64,000 nucleotides of DNA from a virus. Below, piece by piece: positions 1 through 9,755 of this stretch; positions within the stretch are counted from its first letter, which is position 1; the number at the start of each line of letters is the position of its first letter. Made by a program: the position numbers and the translations under genes. Below the pieces are notes generated by a model. It was not told the DNA's origin, did no database searches, and saw nothing but the letters and a program-made list of their open reading frames with translations. The DNA is taken from the IMG/VR virus record IMGVR_UViG_3300005253_000098, positions 1-64,000 of that record; one strand, given 5' to 3'.

Positions 1-237
1 GTGGTAAAGAATGCTGTTTTATATTACAGGGATGGACAATATAGTGTCCCATGTATTTTATTGGACCATTCTGAGGCCGGTGCAAAAATTAGAATTGATA
101 ATCTTTCCGAATGCCCGCCAATGGATGATCTACATAGTTTACTTACCAGCGATACGTCACATCCATGTCGTTGTGTTTGGACCAATAGAAATGAACTAGG
201 AATCGAATACATCGAAGGAGATACGTCTCATGCTTAG
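1..237 (+). CDS. PilZ-domain protein (possibly 5'-partial)
   Basis: C-x3-DHSEAGAKI (DxSxxG motif) and C-terminal CRCVWTNRNELGIEY typical of PilZ beta-barrels. Confidence 0.7.
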   Translation: MVKNAVLYYRDGQYSVPCILLDHSEAGAKIRIDNLSECPPMDDLHSLLTSDTSHPCRCVWTNRNELGIEYIEGDTSHA

Positions 238-748
238 AGCAGTTGATTATGTTATGCGTGGTATGACTAAGAAGAATGCATTATTAAAGGCTGGTTATTC
301 TGATAGTGTTGCATCTACGGATGCAGTGAGTGTATTCGGGCGTGATGATGTTAAGGCAGAGATTGAAAGGCGCAGGAAGCGGATAGCTATGAAGGCTAAC
401 GTTGATGCAGCTTGGATTGTTAAGCGGCTTATGGATATTGCTAATGCTGATATTGCCGACTTGTTAATTGTCGATGATATTGGCAATACGCGTTTGGATA
501 TGGCGCTTATGACCCCTCAATTAAGGCGTGCATTAGAGGGTGAGTTTAGTCTTAGTGAGGAAGGCACTAGTAGTGTTCGTATGCGAGTTAAGACAACGGA
601 TAAGCTGCGTGCGTTAGAAATGTTAGGTAAGTATTTGGATATGTTTACGGATACGGTTAAAGTTGAAGGTGAGATTAGCCTGATTGAGCGCCTTCACGCG
701 GGCCGCTCTCGTGTGTCTGACGGGATCATCTCTGAAGACTTGGACTAA
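230..748 (+). CDS. terS: terminase small subunit (bacteriophage type)
   Basis: ALLKAGYS...A N-terminal motif and DKLRALEMLGKYLDMF C-terminal motif of Terminase_2-like small subunits. Confidence 0.85.
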   Translation: MLRAVDYVMRGMTKKNALLKAGYSDSVASTDAVSVFGRDDVKAEIERRRKRIAMKANVDAAWIVKRLMDIANADIADLLIVDDIGNTRLDMALMTPQLRRALEGEFSLSEEGTSSVRMRVKTTDKLRALEMLGKYLDMFTDTVKVEGEISLIERLHAGRSRVSDGIISEDLD

Positions 749-807
749 TCGGGGAATAGGTGGGCAATAACAGCGAGCTATTTTAGCTCTAGCTATAGGA
801 AAAAATT

Positions 808-1197
808 ATGGCTAAGAAGGTTACAACGAGTATTACAGCACAGAATACATTCACAGACAGTCTATTTCTTTTACCAAATGTAAGGGTTAGTGTTAGTATT
901 TCTGGAACATTCAACGCCACTGTAACAATACAGCGGCGCTTAGATGGAACTAATTGGCGTGATGTAGAGAGTTGGACTGGAGAAATTGAAACAGATTATA
1001 TTTCTGGGTATCAGCAAGATGTGCGCATTGGCGTGAAAACTGGAGACTTTACGAGCGGTACAGCAGTATTATATATTGGTGTGTTCCTTTTTCGATTATT
1101 TGTCGAATTGGAGGAACCATTCCAAACGGAAGTCAATGCGTTCATCGCCTTGGTTGTGATTCTTTACACTATTACTGTTCCACAGATAGTGAGATAA
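808..1197 (+). CDS. small beta-rich phage protein, probably chimeric at the C-terminus
   Basis: SISGTFNATVTIQR...DG.NW.DV motif seen in small phage proteins; AGGA SD upstream; last ~38 aa switch to a hydrophobic, unrelated-looking sequence. Confidence 0.5.
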   Translation: MAKKVTTSITAQNTFTDSLFLLPNVRVSVSISGTFNATVTIQRRLDGTNWRDVESWTGEIETDYISGYQQDVRIGVKTGDFTSGTAVLYIGVFLFRLFVELEEPFQTEVNAFIALVVILYTITVPQIVR

Positions 1198-1224
1198 ACC
1201 TCGACTGGTGCATAAGCCTTTGTT

Positions 1225-1479
1225 TTGTCTAACAAAGCTGGTCTCCCCGGGTCAGTTTCTTTTTTCTTGGTTACCACCTTGCATAAACAGTTAGAGGTTA
1301 ATTCTACCATGGTCGAACTTGATTTAGATGAAGAAGAATTTGAAGATCAACCCTATGAGTGTAATCTCTGTAGAGATCTATTAATAATAGGTTTCAATGA
1401 GGCACTTGCTCATAAATTACTTCATCTTCATCGCAAAGAGCAATCTTCAGTAAAAAGGCTGGGTGTCTCAAATGGTTGA
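1225..1479 (+). CDS. small Zn-finger protein (likely start ATG ~1309)
   Basis: CNLC...HKLLHLH. Confidence 0.45.
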   Translation: MSNKAGLPGSVSFFLVTTLHKQLEVNSTMVELDLDEEEFEDQPYECNLCRDLLIIGFNEALAHKLLHLHRKEQSSVKRLGVSNG

Positions 1480-4306
1480 GATCTACACTCTTATGGGTCA
1501 AGCCTACAAGCTGCAATACGGAGAACCATGGGTCTATTTTTTCTCACGAGATCAACAAGGTAAGGCTGTTAAACATGTCTTAAAGAATCATCGACCACAC
1601 TATAGTATATCCCTTGGGTCAACATCACAGGGGTATCCAGAAGATCACGACAACCTATCTTTATATGTTGACCAGTCTACTGGTGAGAAAGAATACTTCT
1701 TAAAATTTGATCACAATATTGATCCTGATTATGTGAACCCAATGAGAACCAAAGAGTTCAGGACAAACCATGAGTCCATGGGTTACACTCATTATGAGGC
1801 TAACATAACCTTCCCTGAGAGAACCATGATTGATCTGGGTCTCTTCGATAAGTATTACCTTGACTCTCATGATAATAATAAGATTGTTCCTATTAGACCA
1901 TGGTTATTCCCTGGAGAGGAACCAGAAAATAAAGAATTATTTGATAGAGCTCAGAAGTTAGTGATAAGACCACGTTGCTGTATTTTTGACATAGAAGTTG
2001 ACAATAAAGACGGCGGTGATTTCCCATCATGGAAACACCCTGTTTTTCCAGTGCAATCAATTCAGTTCATAGACTCTTACGAAGAAGGCATCTTACGTGT
2101 GTATTGGGTTCGATCAAAAGGAGATATCCCAAACATAACACAGATTGAACGTGAAGGACAGAAGTTCGAGGTAGTAACTACCATCTTTCCGACCGACAAG
2201 CAATTATTAGAAGCCTTCGTGGCATACGCTACACTGGTCAGGTTTGACCATTATTACGCACATTTCGGTAACGAATTTGATCTACCTTATTTATATGCAC
2301 GCATGGATCACGTCGGAGTCGATATCACGGGGCTGTCGCCCCTACGCAGAGTATATATGAGAAAGGAATTGTTGAGCGATGGATTTAGAGCAGGTGATAA
2401 AGGAAAAGCTGGTCAAACGAGTTCTGCTCAGCCAGTCGTTATATCGGGATGTTCCTGTATGGACACAATCCCGGTTATCAAAAAATACACTTATCAAAAA
2501 AAGGAGCCAGGTTATAGTCTTAAGATTCTCATCGAAAAGAATTTTGGCGAAGATTTTTATGAGGGTCACCCAGACTACGGTCGGAAATTCGGGTGGGCAT
2601 TACAAAACGATCCTGTTGGTGCATGGAAATACTCGGCACTGGATACTATTGGTCTCTATATCTTAATTACTAAAGTTTATCCGATCATAATTCAATACGA
2701 TAATTACAGGCGAATTGCAGGTGTAGCTGCACATGATAGTCTCGCCAATAACAAATTCATCAAGTTTCTAAAAATCAGAATGCGAAAGATGTTAGGACGT
2801 CCACCCATGCGGACCAATACCACATGGAAGACAGGAGATCCTACCGTTCCAGGAGCATTCGTGTTTCCGCCTGTCCCAGGTATTACCGACTGGGTAGTAG
2901 CCATAGATTTTTCTGGAATGTATACGACCATCATTGAGTCAGACAACATGGGATCTGATACACTTATCCCAGAACGATTCGCAAAAGACATGGGTATCCC
3001 CTACATCAAGTCTCATGATGGGATCTGTTTCAGGACAGATGTTGTCTCCATCAATAGTCTTATCGTTCAGGTTGTTAAGAAATATCGGAAGGAAGCCAAA
3101 GACTTAAAAAAGTATTATACCAAGTTAGGTAAAGAGGACTTAGCTAAAACGTATGACGACATACAATTAGCCTTTAAACTCTTAGGAGTAAGTATATATG
3201 GAGACGCAGTCTACCGTCATAGTTCTGACTATTCTTATGATGTCGGCAGGGCTATTACGGGTCGTGGACGTGAATACCTCACCGCTCTCAAGTCTTTTTA
3301 TGGTGCTAAGCATTCTCTCACTACCATTGCTGGGGATACCGATTCTACCTTTATTAAGTTACGGCAGTCAAGCTTTATCGTGGAAAACAACATTGATATT
3401 AGAAAACTCTACGACTACTGCCTCGATCTGGAACGATCCGCCAACGAATGGTTCTTAGACTACGCTCGTAAGAATCAGCATCGTATCCCTATGAGTGTAG
3501 AAGCAGAAAAGATTATCAAACGTATTGTATTCAAGGAACGATCTCTTACCATCAAGAAAGAAAAAGAGTTGATGTGGCTCCACCAGTCCCTCAAGGATGC
3601 CGACGCATTCGGTTGGGATGAGGATATCCCTCACATACAGGAGAAAATCAGGGAGTTAGAAGAAGAGAAGACTGTCAAGAAACAATACATTTATCACAGC
3701 ATAGCGGTAAAAGATGAGACCGGCAACTTCGTTGAGGTCGATAAGATAGTCGAGATGGGCTCAGCTGGTAAGAGAACCGATACCGCAGCTATCATCAGAC
3801 AGGTAATCAAGGAAGCTGGTGAAAAGCTTATGCGTGACACTATCTCCAACACCATGAAGTATATTCGATCTGAGTTCAAGAAAGCAGAAAGTTACGATCT
3901 CGATCAAGTCGCACTCACCAAGGGCTTCAACAAACACCCCAAATTCTACAAGACCCACAACGTCTACACTAACGGTGCTCGATACGCTGAGAGACACTTC
4001 ACTCAACAGGTCGACACATCCATCAAGCCCAAACTATTATATATTAAACCCATCGAAGGGAAATCCTCGGAGAGGTTTCCCAAACAATTAATCTGTTACG
4101 ATGGCATCCTCCGTTCCATAAAAGCAGTCGTTAGTTTGACCGAGTCCTTCAACGATATTCCTCAAGACTTCTGGAATCACTGGCAGATCGATTGGAAAAC
4201 TCAGCGTCAGAAGATCTTCTCTCCTCTTGAGTTATTGATCAAAGGCATAGGTGAGAACTGGGACATGCTTATCTCCGGTCAGAAAAGTTTAACGAGCTGG
4301 TTATAA
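1463..4306 (+). CDS. polB: family B DNA polymerase with 3'-5' exonuclease
   Basis: ExoI FDIEVD, ExoII HFGNEFDLPYL, ExoIII YSALD; Pol motifs DFSGMY, KLLGVSIYG, GDTDS, KKQY. Confidence 0.95.
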   Translation: MSQMVEIYTLMGQAYKLQYGEPWVYFFSRDQQGKAVKHVLKNHRPHYSISLGSTSQGYPEDHDNLSLYVDQSTGEKEYFLKFDHNIDPDYVNPMRTKEFRTNHESMGYTHYEANITFPERTMIDLGLFDKYYLDSHDNNKIVPIRPWLFPGEEPENKELFDRAQKLVIRPRCCIFDIEVDNKDGGDFPSWKHPVFPVQSIQFIDSYEEGILRVYWVRSKGDIPNITQIEREGQKFEVVTTIFPTDKQLLEAFVAYATLVRFDHYYAHFGNEFDLPYLYARMDHVGVDITGLSPLRRVYMRKELLSDGFRAGDKGKAGQTSSAQPVVISGCSCMDTIPVIKKYTYQKKEPGYSLKILIEKNFGEDFYEGHPDYGRKFGWALQNDPVGAWKYSALDTIGLYILITKVYPIIIQYDNYRRIAGVAAHDSLANNKFIKFLKIRMRKMLGRPPMRTNTTWKTGDPTVPGAFVFPPVPGITDWVVAIDFSGMYTTIIESDNMGSDTLIPERFAKDMGIPYIKSHDGICFRTDVVSINSLIVQVVKKYRKEAKDLKKYYTKLGKEDLAKTYDDIQLAFKLLGVSIYGDAVYRHSSDYSYDVGRAITGRGREYLTALKSFYGAKHSLTTIAGDTDSTFIKLRQSSFIVENNIDIRKLYDYCLDLERSANEWFLDYARKNQHRIPMSVEAEKIIKRIVFKERSLTIKKEKELMWLHQSLKDADAFGWDEDIPHIQEKIRELEEEKTVKKQYIYHSIAVKDETGNFVEVDKIVEMGSAGKRTDTAAIIRQVIKEAGEKLMRDTISNTMKYIRSEFKKAESYDLDQVALTKGFNKHPKFYKTHNVYTNGARYAERHFTQQVDTSIKPKLLYIKPIEGKSSERFPKQLICYDGILRSIKAVVSLTESFNDIPQDFWNHWQIDWKTQRQKIFSPLELLIKGIGENWDMLISGQKSLTSWL

Positions 4307-4492
4307 TGAATGTAGATATTATTAAAATTGAATATATGATGAACATGATCAAAAATAAGAACGTAGGACACTATGATCTTGATCTTATAATGTTTATTCT
4401 CTATAAAAATATTATAGATGAACTATTTGAACATGATGGTCCCTACAGTGTGGAACATCCGTGGCAACCTCCATATCAGCAGGTAGATTAAA

Positions 4493-4672
4493 ATGTGTAT
4501 GTGTCCTCCCTGTGAAAGTTGTTTAAAAGATATAGATGCCTGCTACGGTGCGTGTCCCTATTGTGGTCACCCCACCGGTCGAACGAGTATGATGGGTAAT
4601 ATTGATTATATAATCAAGCTTGTTATGTGTAATATATGTAATGTGTATCATCCGACAAGATATTATAGGTGA
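4493..4672 (+). CDS. Cys-rich microprotein (59 aa, not in ORF track)
   Basis: MCMCPPCESCLKDIDACYGACPYCGH...CNICNVYH; 9 Cys; fills the gap between neighbouring genes. Confidence 0.55.
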   Translation: MCMCPPCESCLKDIDACYGACPYCGHPTGRTSMMGNIDYIIKLVMCNICNVYHPTRYYR

Positions 4673-4926
4673 ATAAAATGGTAGAATTAGAAGCAAAAGA
4701 TGTAAAGAGAGGCGTAGAGTTGTATTTACACTACTACGGTCTAAGCACCCTGAACGAGATTGCTGATAATCTCGATATCTCAGGGTTAGTTGTTATGCTT
4801 TCTATTCATGATCTGGTAACAGATAAGAAAGTAGTAAAACAAATTATAAGACCTGATGAAGGACGTAGAGATATTAATATTCCAGGTCACTATTATCAAT
4901 ATGTTGCTAACATCGATGAGATGTAA
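4669..4926 (+). CDS. winged-HTH protein
   Basis: LSTLNEIADNLDIS...IHDLV..KKV pattern. Confidence 0.55.
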   Translation: MNKMVELEAKDVKRGVELYLHYYGLSTLNEIADNLDISGLVVMLSIHDLVTDKKVVKQIIRPDEGRRDINIPGHYYQYVANIDEM

Positions 4927-4969
4927 GACTTTATAAACCATAGTGGTTTCTATGGAGTTGTGAAAAACT

Positions 4970-5284
4970 ATGCCAAGAGGAGAAAAAGATAAGCTTACTG
5001 ATGCTCAGAAGGATCGTATCATGATCCTTAAGGGAGTAATGTCTGCATATCTGGTAGCTGAGGAATTCGGAGTCACTCATACCACCATTTATAATGTATG
5101 GAAATCAAAAAGAAACCAAAAGAAACCATTGTATGTTCCTACTTTTACTGATATTATTAATGAAATTCGAGAGGAGGGTATAAAGGGATTCAACCTCTCA
5201 CCCGAGAAACTCAATGATAAACCTTATAGAATGATCTTTGATATGACTATCGAACACATTAGGCGATTAAATGAAACTAATTGA
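4970..5284 (+). CDS. HTH DNA-binding protein
   Basis: SAYLVAEEFGVTHTTIYNVW HTH; TTTATAAA box upstream (~4930). Confidence 0.7.
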   Translation: MPRGEKDKLTDAQKDRIMILKGVMSAYLVAEEFGVTHTTIYNVWKSKRNQKKPLYVPTFTDIINEIREEGIKGFNLSPEKLNDKPYRMIFDMTIEHIRRLNETN

Positions 5285-5464
5285 GCAAATTGATCCAAAG
5301 AATTTTAATATTAGGATGCGGATAGATACCACTTACTGGGATATGATCAGAGAGATGTCTAAAAAGATGGCTGTTGGAGAACGCCTCGAAATTACTCCAA
5401 CAACAGTCAGACACTGGATGACTTTCAAGGATAAGGAAGTTTTAATTACCGAGGAGAAATTATA

Positions 5465-5857
5465 ATGGTATTAAATGAAGTATATTGTATGGAATGTGAA
5501 AAGTATTTCCGCTTCCAGATATCGGAAGAAGAGTCAGGGGACTTAGATATTCCCTGTAAAGAGTGCGGACACATGCACTTCCGAGTAGTCGAGAAAGGTC
5601 GTATCACCGAAGATCGCTGGGCTTTTGATCTTGGCGATGGCAAGCCAGTAACTCGGGAAGAATATATTCGTCGGATGGCTGACGCCCCAACAACTGTGAG
5701 TTTTGTTTACACAACAGGAACGTATACTGTCAGTATGTATGCCAGTTCTACTTCCAGTAGCACCTATTTAACTGATTCATGGGCATATATAACGGGCACA
5801 GGTGATTCTGCTAATGATGCTACCGATGCTGGCTACTATCATCCCGGAGCTCCGTAA
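5465..5857 (+). CDS. Zn-ribbon protein with Ser/Thr-rich tail
   Basis: CMEC...CKECGH. Confidence 0.6.
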   Translation: MVLNEVYCMECEKYFRFQISEEESGDLDIPCKECGHMHFRVVEKGRITEDRWAFDLGDGKPVTREEYIRRMADAPTTVSFVYTTGTYTVSMYASSTSSSTYLTDSWAYITGTGDSANDATDAGYYHPGAP

Positions 5858-6297
5858 TGTCAGGTAACATCTACAACCAGTATAATACATTGAGGAGACA
5901 GCGTCGACTCAACCTTCAAAATGCTGTCCTCAAGTGGATTCCTCGTTATCCTAATGTTATCGTCCGCTCATGGCTCATTAACAAATGGGAATACGAAGGA
6001 GGAAATATGAAGCTTCTACGTTCCACCTTAGCTGATCTCCGAGTTCATGGAATGGTCAGTAGAGTTAACTATCGCTGGGTGTTCGATCCTAATGATGAGT
6101 ATCTAATTAAGAATCCTGATTATCCCAGTAAAGCACACAAGACATTCTATGTTGAGGATATGTGTCCTCGTTATAAGAGACGTGTGAAGAGTGGTCACAA
6201 TCGTATTCCTGATAATTATAAGAAACCTCCACCCGGTAGATCAGCTCTGAGAGCTGAGCGAGAGTGGTTCAAGCATGGTAAACCTGTGAGAAGATGA
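5857..6297 (+). CDS. hypothetical basic protein
   Basis: translationally coupled ORF in the plus-strand operon. Confidence 0.5.
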   Translation: MSGNIYNQYNTLRRQRRLNLQNAVLKWIPRYPNVIVRSWLINKWEYEGGNMKLLRSTLADLRVHGMVSRVNYRWVFDPNDEYLIKNPDYPSKAHKTFYVEDMCPRYKRRVKSGHNRIPDNYKKPPPGRSALRAEREWFKHGKPVRR

Positions 6298-6686
6298 CAA
6301 CCATAGTCCATGTAGACAAGAGTAATTCTTTTCTGTGTATCAAATCCTTCCACGATAAGTTCTTGGAGGGACACATCTATTCAAGGGATCAGATTATGAG
6401 ATCACTTTTGAATATGTGTAAACGTAGTAATTGGATTGTATCTGAGGAAGAATACAAGAGCTTCTATCATATTTTCAAGATTACCAATAATAACATGACA
6501 CTACTGTTTATACCTATCGTTTGTAGTAAATGTTTTCCTAAATATGATGATGATATTCCAATCCAAAAATCCTGGGATGATCCCGATAAGTGGCTGATGT
6601 GCCGTAGATGTGAGCACTCATGGTATGAGGAGTCTTATGAATATATTGTGGGCACTATACCCCATAGGAAGTTGAATACTTTTTGA
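6294..6686 (+). CDS. hypothetical Zn-finger protein
   Basis: CSKC...CRRC; ATGA overlap with upstream gene. Confidence 0.5.
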   Translation: MTTIVHVDKSNSFLCIKSFHDKFLEGHIYSRDQIMRSLLNMCKRSNWIVSEEEYKSFYHIFKITNNNMTLLFIPIVCSKCFPKYDDDIPIQKSWDDPDKWLMCRRCEHSWYEESYEYIVGTIPHRKLNTF

Positions 6687-6934
6687 TCTGTCAGGACTGT
6701 TTCAAAGAAACTAATCGTAATCGGAGAGTATGCACTACTTGTTTGGACCAGCGTATTTTTGATGTTATAACTGATTACCAGCCCTGTAGTCGAGACGAGA
6801 TGGTCAGGGTTACCACCATGGCACGCTCAAGTGTATTCGATGCCCTGGTAAGATTAGAGGAGCAAGGGCTGGTCAAGAAACAATCACGACCTATGAAGAG
6901 GGGCAGACCAATGATTGAATGGGTGATAGCATGA
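6683..6934 (+). CDS. Zn-finger plus winged-HTH regulator
   Basis: CQDC..CTTC then MARSSVFDALVRLEEQGLV...GRP wing. Confidence 0.7.
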   Translation: MICQDCFKETNRNRRVCTTCLDQRIFDVITDYQPCSRDEMVRVTTMARSSVFDALVRLEEQGLVKKQSRPMKRGRPMIEWVIA

Positions 6935-7950
6935 GTCAAGATCCAATAGCAATACAACACGCCGAGAACTTAAAACGTGGTCTCTATCATAAGACTATGT
7001 TCATGGCGTGGAGGAAATGTAAATACTTCGGAGTAGTTAATGCCACCGAGATGTTAGCGGGGATAGAGGAGTATGAAAAGCTTCCTCGTATGTGGCTCAA
7101 GATCGGTAAAGATATTCACGCCTTAGTGGATACCCTACACCAAAAAGCCGCTCCTAAGATTATGTCGAGCTTCTTCCACATTGAAGCTGTTAAGAAATAT
7201 TTGTGGGAACTATTACTGGAGGAAGATCCTCCTGAGATGTATAAAGACTATCTGAAAAAAGTAGTCAGTATTGAATCTCAAAGATGGATGGTATGTATGC
7301 GTAGATCCAAGTCCAGGATGAGAATGCGAGATTGGAAAGTCGCTCTACGAGAGACTTATATCGAACAGCCGCAACTTAACATAGCTATGAATGTGGACCG
7401 ACTGGAGCGAGTGCCCGGGACGATCAATCAGTATGCCTTGATCGAGTGGAAATCCAAGGTCGATATCAATAGCATCCGACAGGAACTTGCGTTCTATTAC
7501 ACTGGACTCGAGCCATGGGTTGCTCAACACAACAGGATAGCTCGACAAAAGTTCGGCTTCATGGCACCCGAGAAACTGGAACCATATCTAATGTATATCA
7601 CTCACTGGGGAGCCTTCGGTTACAATCCAGAATCTGACGACCTATATGAACGGGTCAAGAAGATCTCCCTCACCTATTTCAAGAAAGCTTTTGCAGAGTT
7701 CCTCAAGGACATGGAGTTCGCCAAGAATTACAAAGGCACAATCGAGAATATACAGACCATCTACGAGCCTATCATGGGTAAACCCCTTAAGCGGATCATG
7801 GTTGATATCATGTGCAACTGGTGTGAGCTCAGTGGATTATGCTACAGCAAGAAGAACTTATTACCAATATTATTTAGACAGCAAGAGATAGATGACAACT
7901 TATTAACCGCTTCTGATCTCATGCTCTACGAGGAATTAAAGAATGGCTAA
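6919..7950 (+). CDS. PD-(D/E)XK exonuclease, Cas4/RecB-like with probable Fe-S cluster
   Basis: VDRLE...LIEWKS...QELAFYY catalytic motifs; N-terminal Cys (KCKY) plus C-terminal CNWC-x5-C. Confidence 0.75.
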   Translation: MGDSMSQDPIAIQHAENLKRGLYHKTMFMAWRKCKYFGVVNATEMLAGIEEYEKLPRMWLKIGKDIHALVDTLHQKAAPKIMSSFFHIEAVKKYLWELLLEEDPPEMYKDYLKKVVSIESQRWMVCMRRSKSRMRMRDWKVALRETYIEQPQLNIAMNVDRLERVPGTINQYALIEWKSKVDINSIRQELAFYYTGLEPWVAQHNRIARQKFGFMAPEKLEPYLMYITHWGAFGYNPESDDLYERVKKISLTYFKKAFAEFLKDMEFAKNYKGTIENIQTIYEPIMGKPLKRIMVDIMCNWCELSGLCYSKKNLLPILFRQQEIDDNLLTASDLMLYEELKNG

Positions 7951-8254
7951 TCATAAAATCGTAGTAAAGGATATCTTAAATCGTATCTTTAAGTGCACGA
8001 GATGCGGAGAAGAATTAAATGATATGGAGACTTTCAAATTGATGGAGTGCAAACCGTTTCCTATCCAGCGATGCTATGATAAAGATGAGTTCAGGGAAAT
8101 CGATTGGGAGATAGCAGAGATAGCCTATAAGGAATATAAGGCACAATATGGGAACTCTCAAAGTTTAGAACGCTTAGCTGAGAGAGGCGGCTTCGGTGCT
8201 CAAGAATTAGTTAATCTATTATATGGATATATAACAAGGATGTCTAAGAAATGA
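7943..8254 (+). CDS. hypothetical protein with Zn-finger
   Basis: CTRCG; QSLERLAERGGFG motif. Confidence 0.5.
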   Translation: MANHKIVVKDILNRIFKCTRCGEELNDMETFKLMECKPFPIQRCYDKDEFREIDWEIAEIAYKEYKAQYGNSQSLERLAERGGFGAQELVNLLYGYITRMSKK

Positions 8255-8610
8255 CTGAAGAAGATGTTAAACTCCAGTGCTCACGTTGTCTCAAGGAATT
8301 GGTTGACGACGAGGCATGGAGCTTCCTGAACCAAACAGGGATGGGAGAGTATGATATTCTCCTGATAAAGCTACGTGGTGTGATCATGCAGCTTGGTGCC
8401 CTCGAACCTAAGCTCACTGATCTGATGAACGAGGCTGATAAGTTCAAACGATTAGATATAATAATGTTTCATTTTATGAGTATTAATGATTATCGTAAGC
8501 TGTCTAAGCAGATAAAGATCTTCGGACCTGTGGTTAAAACAGCCCTCGAATTACTCGAGAGATTTAAAGAACAGCACGCAATGGCGTTGAAAGATAAAGA
8601 TGGAAGTTAA
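8251..8610 (+). CDS. hypothetical protein
   Basis: coupled ORF (ATGA overlap). Confidence 0.5.
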   Translation: MTEEDVKLQCSRCLKELVDDEAWSFLNQTGMGEYDILLIKLRGVIMQLGALEPKLTDLMNEADKFKRLDIIMFHFMSINDYRKLSKQIKIFGPVVKTALELLERFKEQHAMALKDKDGS

Positions 8611-8799
8611 AATAGATACAAAAAAGTTCTACGAAATCTTAAAGATGACGCTGAACACAACAACTATAAGTAATGATGCTGAAGACAAAAAGGATTTAGC
8701 TGGTCTTATCATGAGGCTCATGGACAATTTATCTGAGCCTAAATTCTTCGACCAAGTTGATTGGATCGAACGAATCGGAGTTCCCAAGGATGACTGGGA

Positions 8800-9072
8800 A
8801 TGACTGATCTAAAGCCCCTTGATCTTGGTATCAAATGGTATGACTGGATTCTTTCGTCTATCATATTTGTATTGATAGTTCTTTTTGTAAGTATTATATT
8901 AGATCGGCTTTTTTCACGACAGCCTACATTTGATCATTTTAGGGATGTCCTACTTTTTACATTGGTCTTCAGGGTATTCTATCAGAGACAGAAAGAATAC
9001 GAGGCTTACGAAAAGACTGCTGGTGTCTTAACAAAGGTTATGAATCTCCTATCCAAGAGATTTGGAAAATAA
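8800..9072 (+). CDS. small membrane protein
   Basis: one or two hydrophobic segments (WILSSIIFVLIVLFVSIIL). Confidence 0.55.
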   Translation: MTDLKPLDLGIKWYDWILSSIIFVLIVLFVSIILDRLFSRQPTFDHFRDVLLFTLVFRVFYQRQKEYEAYEKTAGVLTKVMNLLSKRFGK

Positions 9073-9101
9073 TAACATTTATATTTTCAACTCTTACATG
9101 G

Positions 9102-9515
9102 TTGATTATGTCCTTTTCTCTTCGTGAACCAACCGAGACCAAGAAGAAGTTCTTGCTTTGTCAATACCCAAAACCAGTAGTCTACGATAAGAATCTTGTT
9201 ATATTAAACCCTGATGGATCGACTCAAAAAGGTAGCTATAAGTATACCGGTCATAAAGACGACGTCATTAGGAATAGCTGTCCATTGGATAAGAATAAAC
9301 AGGGTGTTCTTGTGACAGACTGTAATGAGTGCTGGTTCAATAAATTAGGGCTGGGTTATGATGGCAAGGTGCATTTCATCTGCAGTGCTCAACCGATCTT
9401 AGCTCCAGGGATAGATCAACATCCTGATAATTTGGATGAGCTGATCGATGGCTTTACGTGGCATCGAGAATTGTCCGATGACGACAAGATGCAGGATCAA
9501 ACGAAAAAGTTTTAA
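9102..9515 (+). CDS. hypothetical Cys-containing protein
   Basis: ORF preceded by TTTATA box (~9078). Confidence 0.5.
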   Translation: MIMSFSLREPTETKKKFLLCQYPKPVVYDKNLVILNPDGSTQKGSYKYTGHKDDVIRNSCPLDKNKQGVLVTDCNECWFNKLGLGYDGKVHFICSAQPILAPGIDQHPDNLDELIDGFTWHRELSDDDKMQDQTKKF

Positions 9516-9516
9516 G
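9505..9516 (+). promoter_or_regulatory. archaeal-type BRE/TATA promoter
   Basis: AAAAAGTTTTAAG roughly 25 nt upstream of ATG 9540 (leaderless geometry). Confidence 0.5.
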
Positions 9517-9539
9517 CTCTCCTGTTCCAGATATCACTT

Positions 9540-9755
9540 ATGAGTGATATTGATGTCTGGGAACCATATGAAGCCTCCGACGTCGACCTCATCCGTGAGG
9601 CTCTGATGCTCCGTGGAGGTGTATCTCTGCCCGAGATAATCAAGCTAACTAATGTTAATAAAGTTACAATCGAGGAAGTTCTCGCTGGCTTTATGGATAT
9701 GAAATTTATTTACTATAACAAGAATACGGAACTATATCGGTGGAATGGTGGATGA
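9540..9755 (+). CDS. winged-HTH protein
   Basis: SLPEIIKLTNVNKVTIEEVL...FIYY...YRW. Confidence 0.65.
   Translation: MSDIDVWEPYEASDVDLIREALMLRGGVSLPEIIKLTNVNKVTIEEVLAGFMDMKFIYYNKNTELYRWNGG

Noticed and set aside
3540-3680. Intein in PolB
   Set aside because: The insert is only ~45 aa and lacks C/S...HN splice motifs
6919-7950. Cas4 as evidence of a CRISPR-Cas locus
   Set aside because: Stand-alone Cas4-like nucleases are common in archaeal viruses; no other cas genes or array seen
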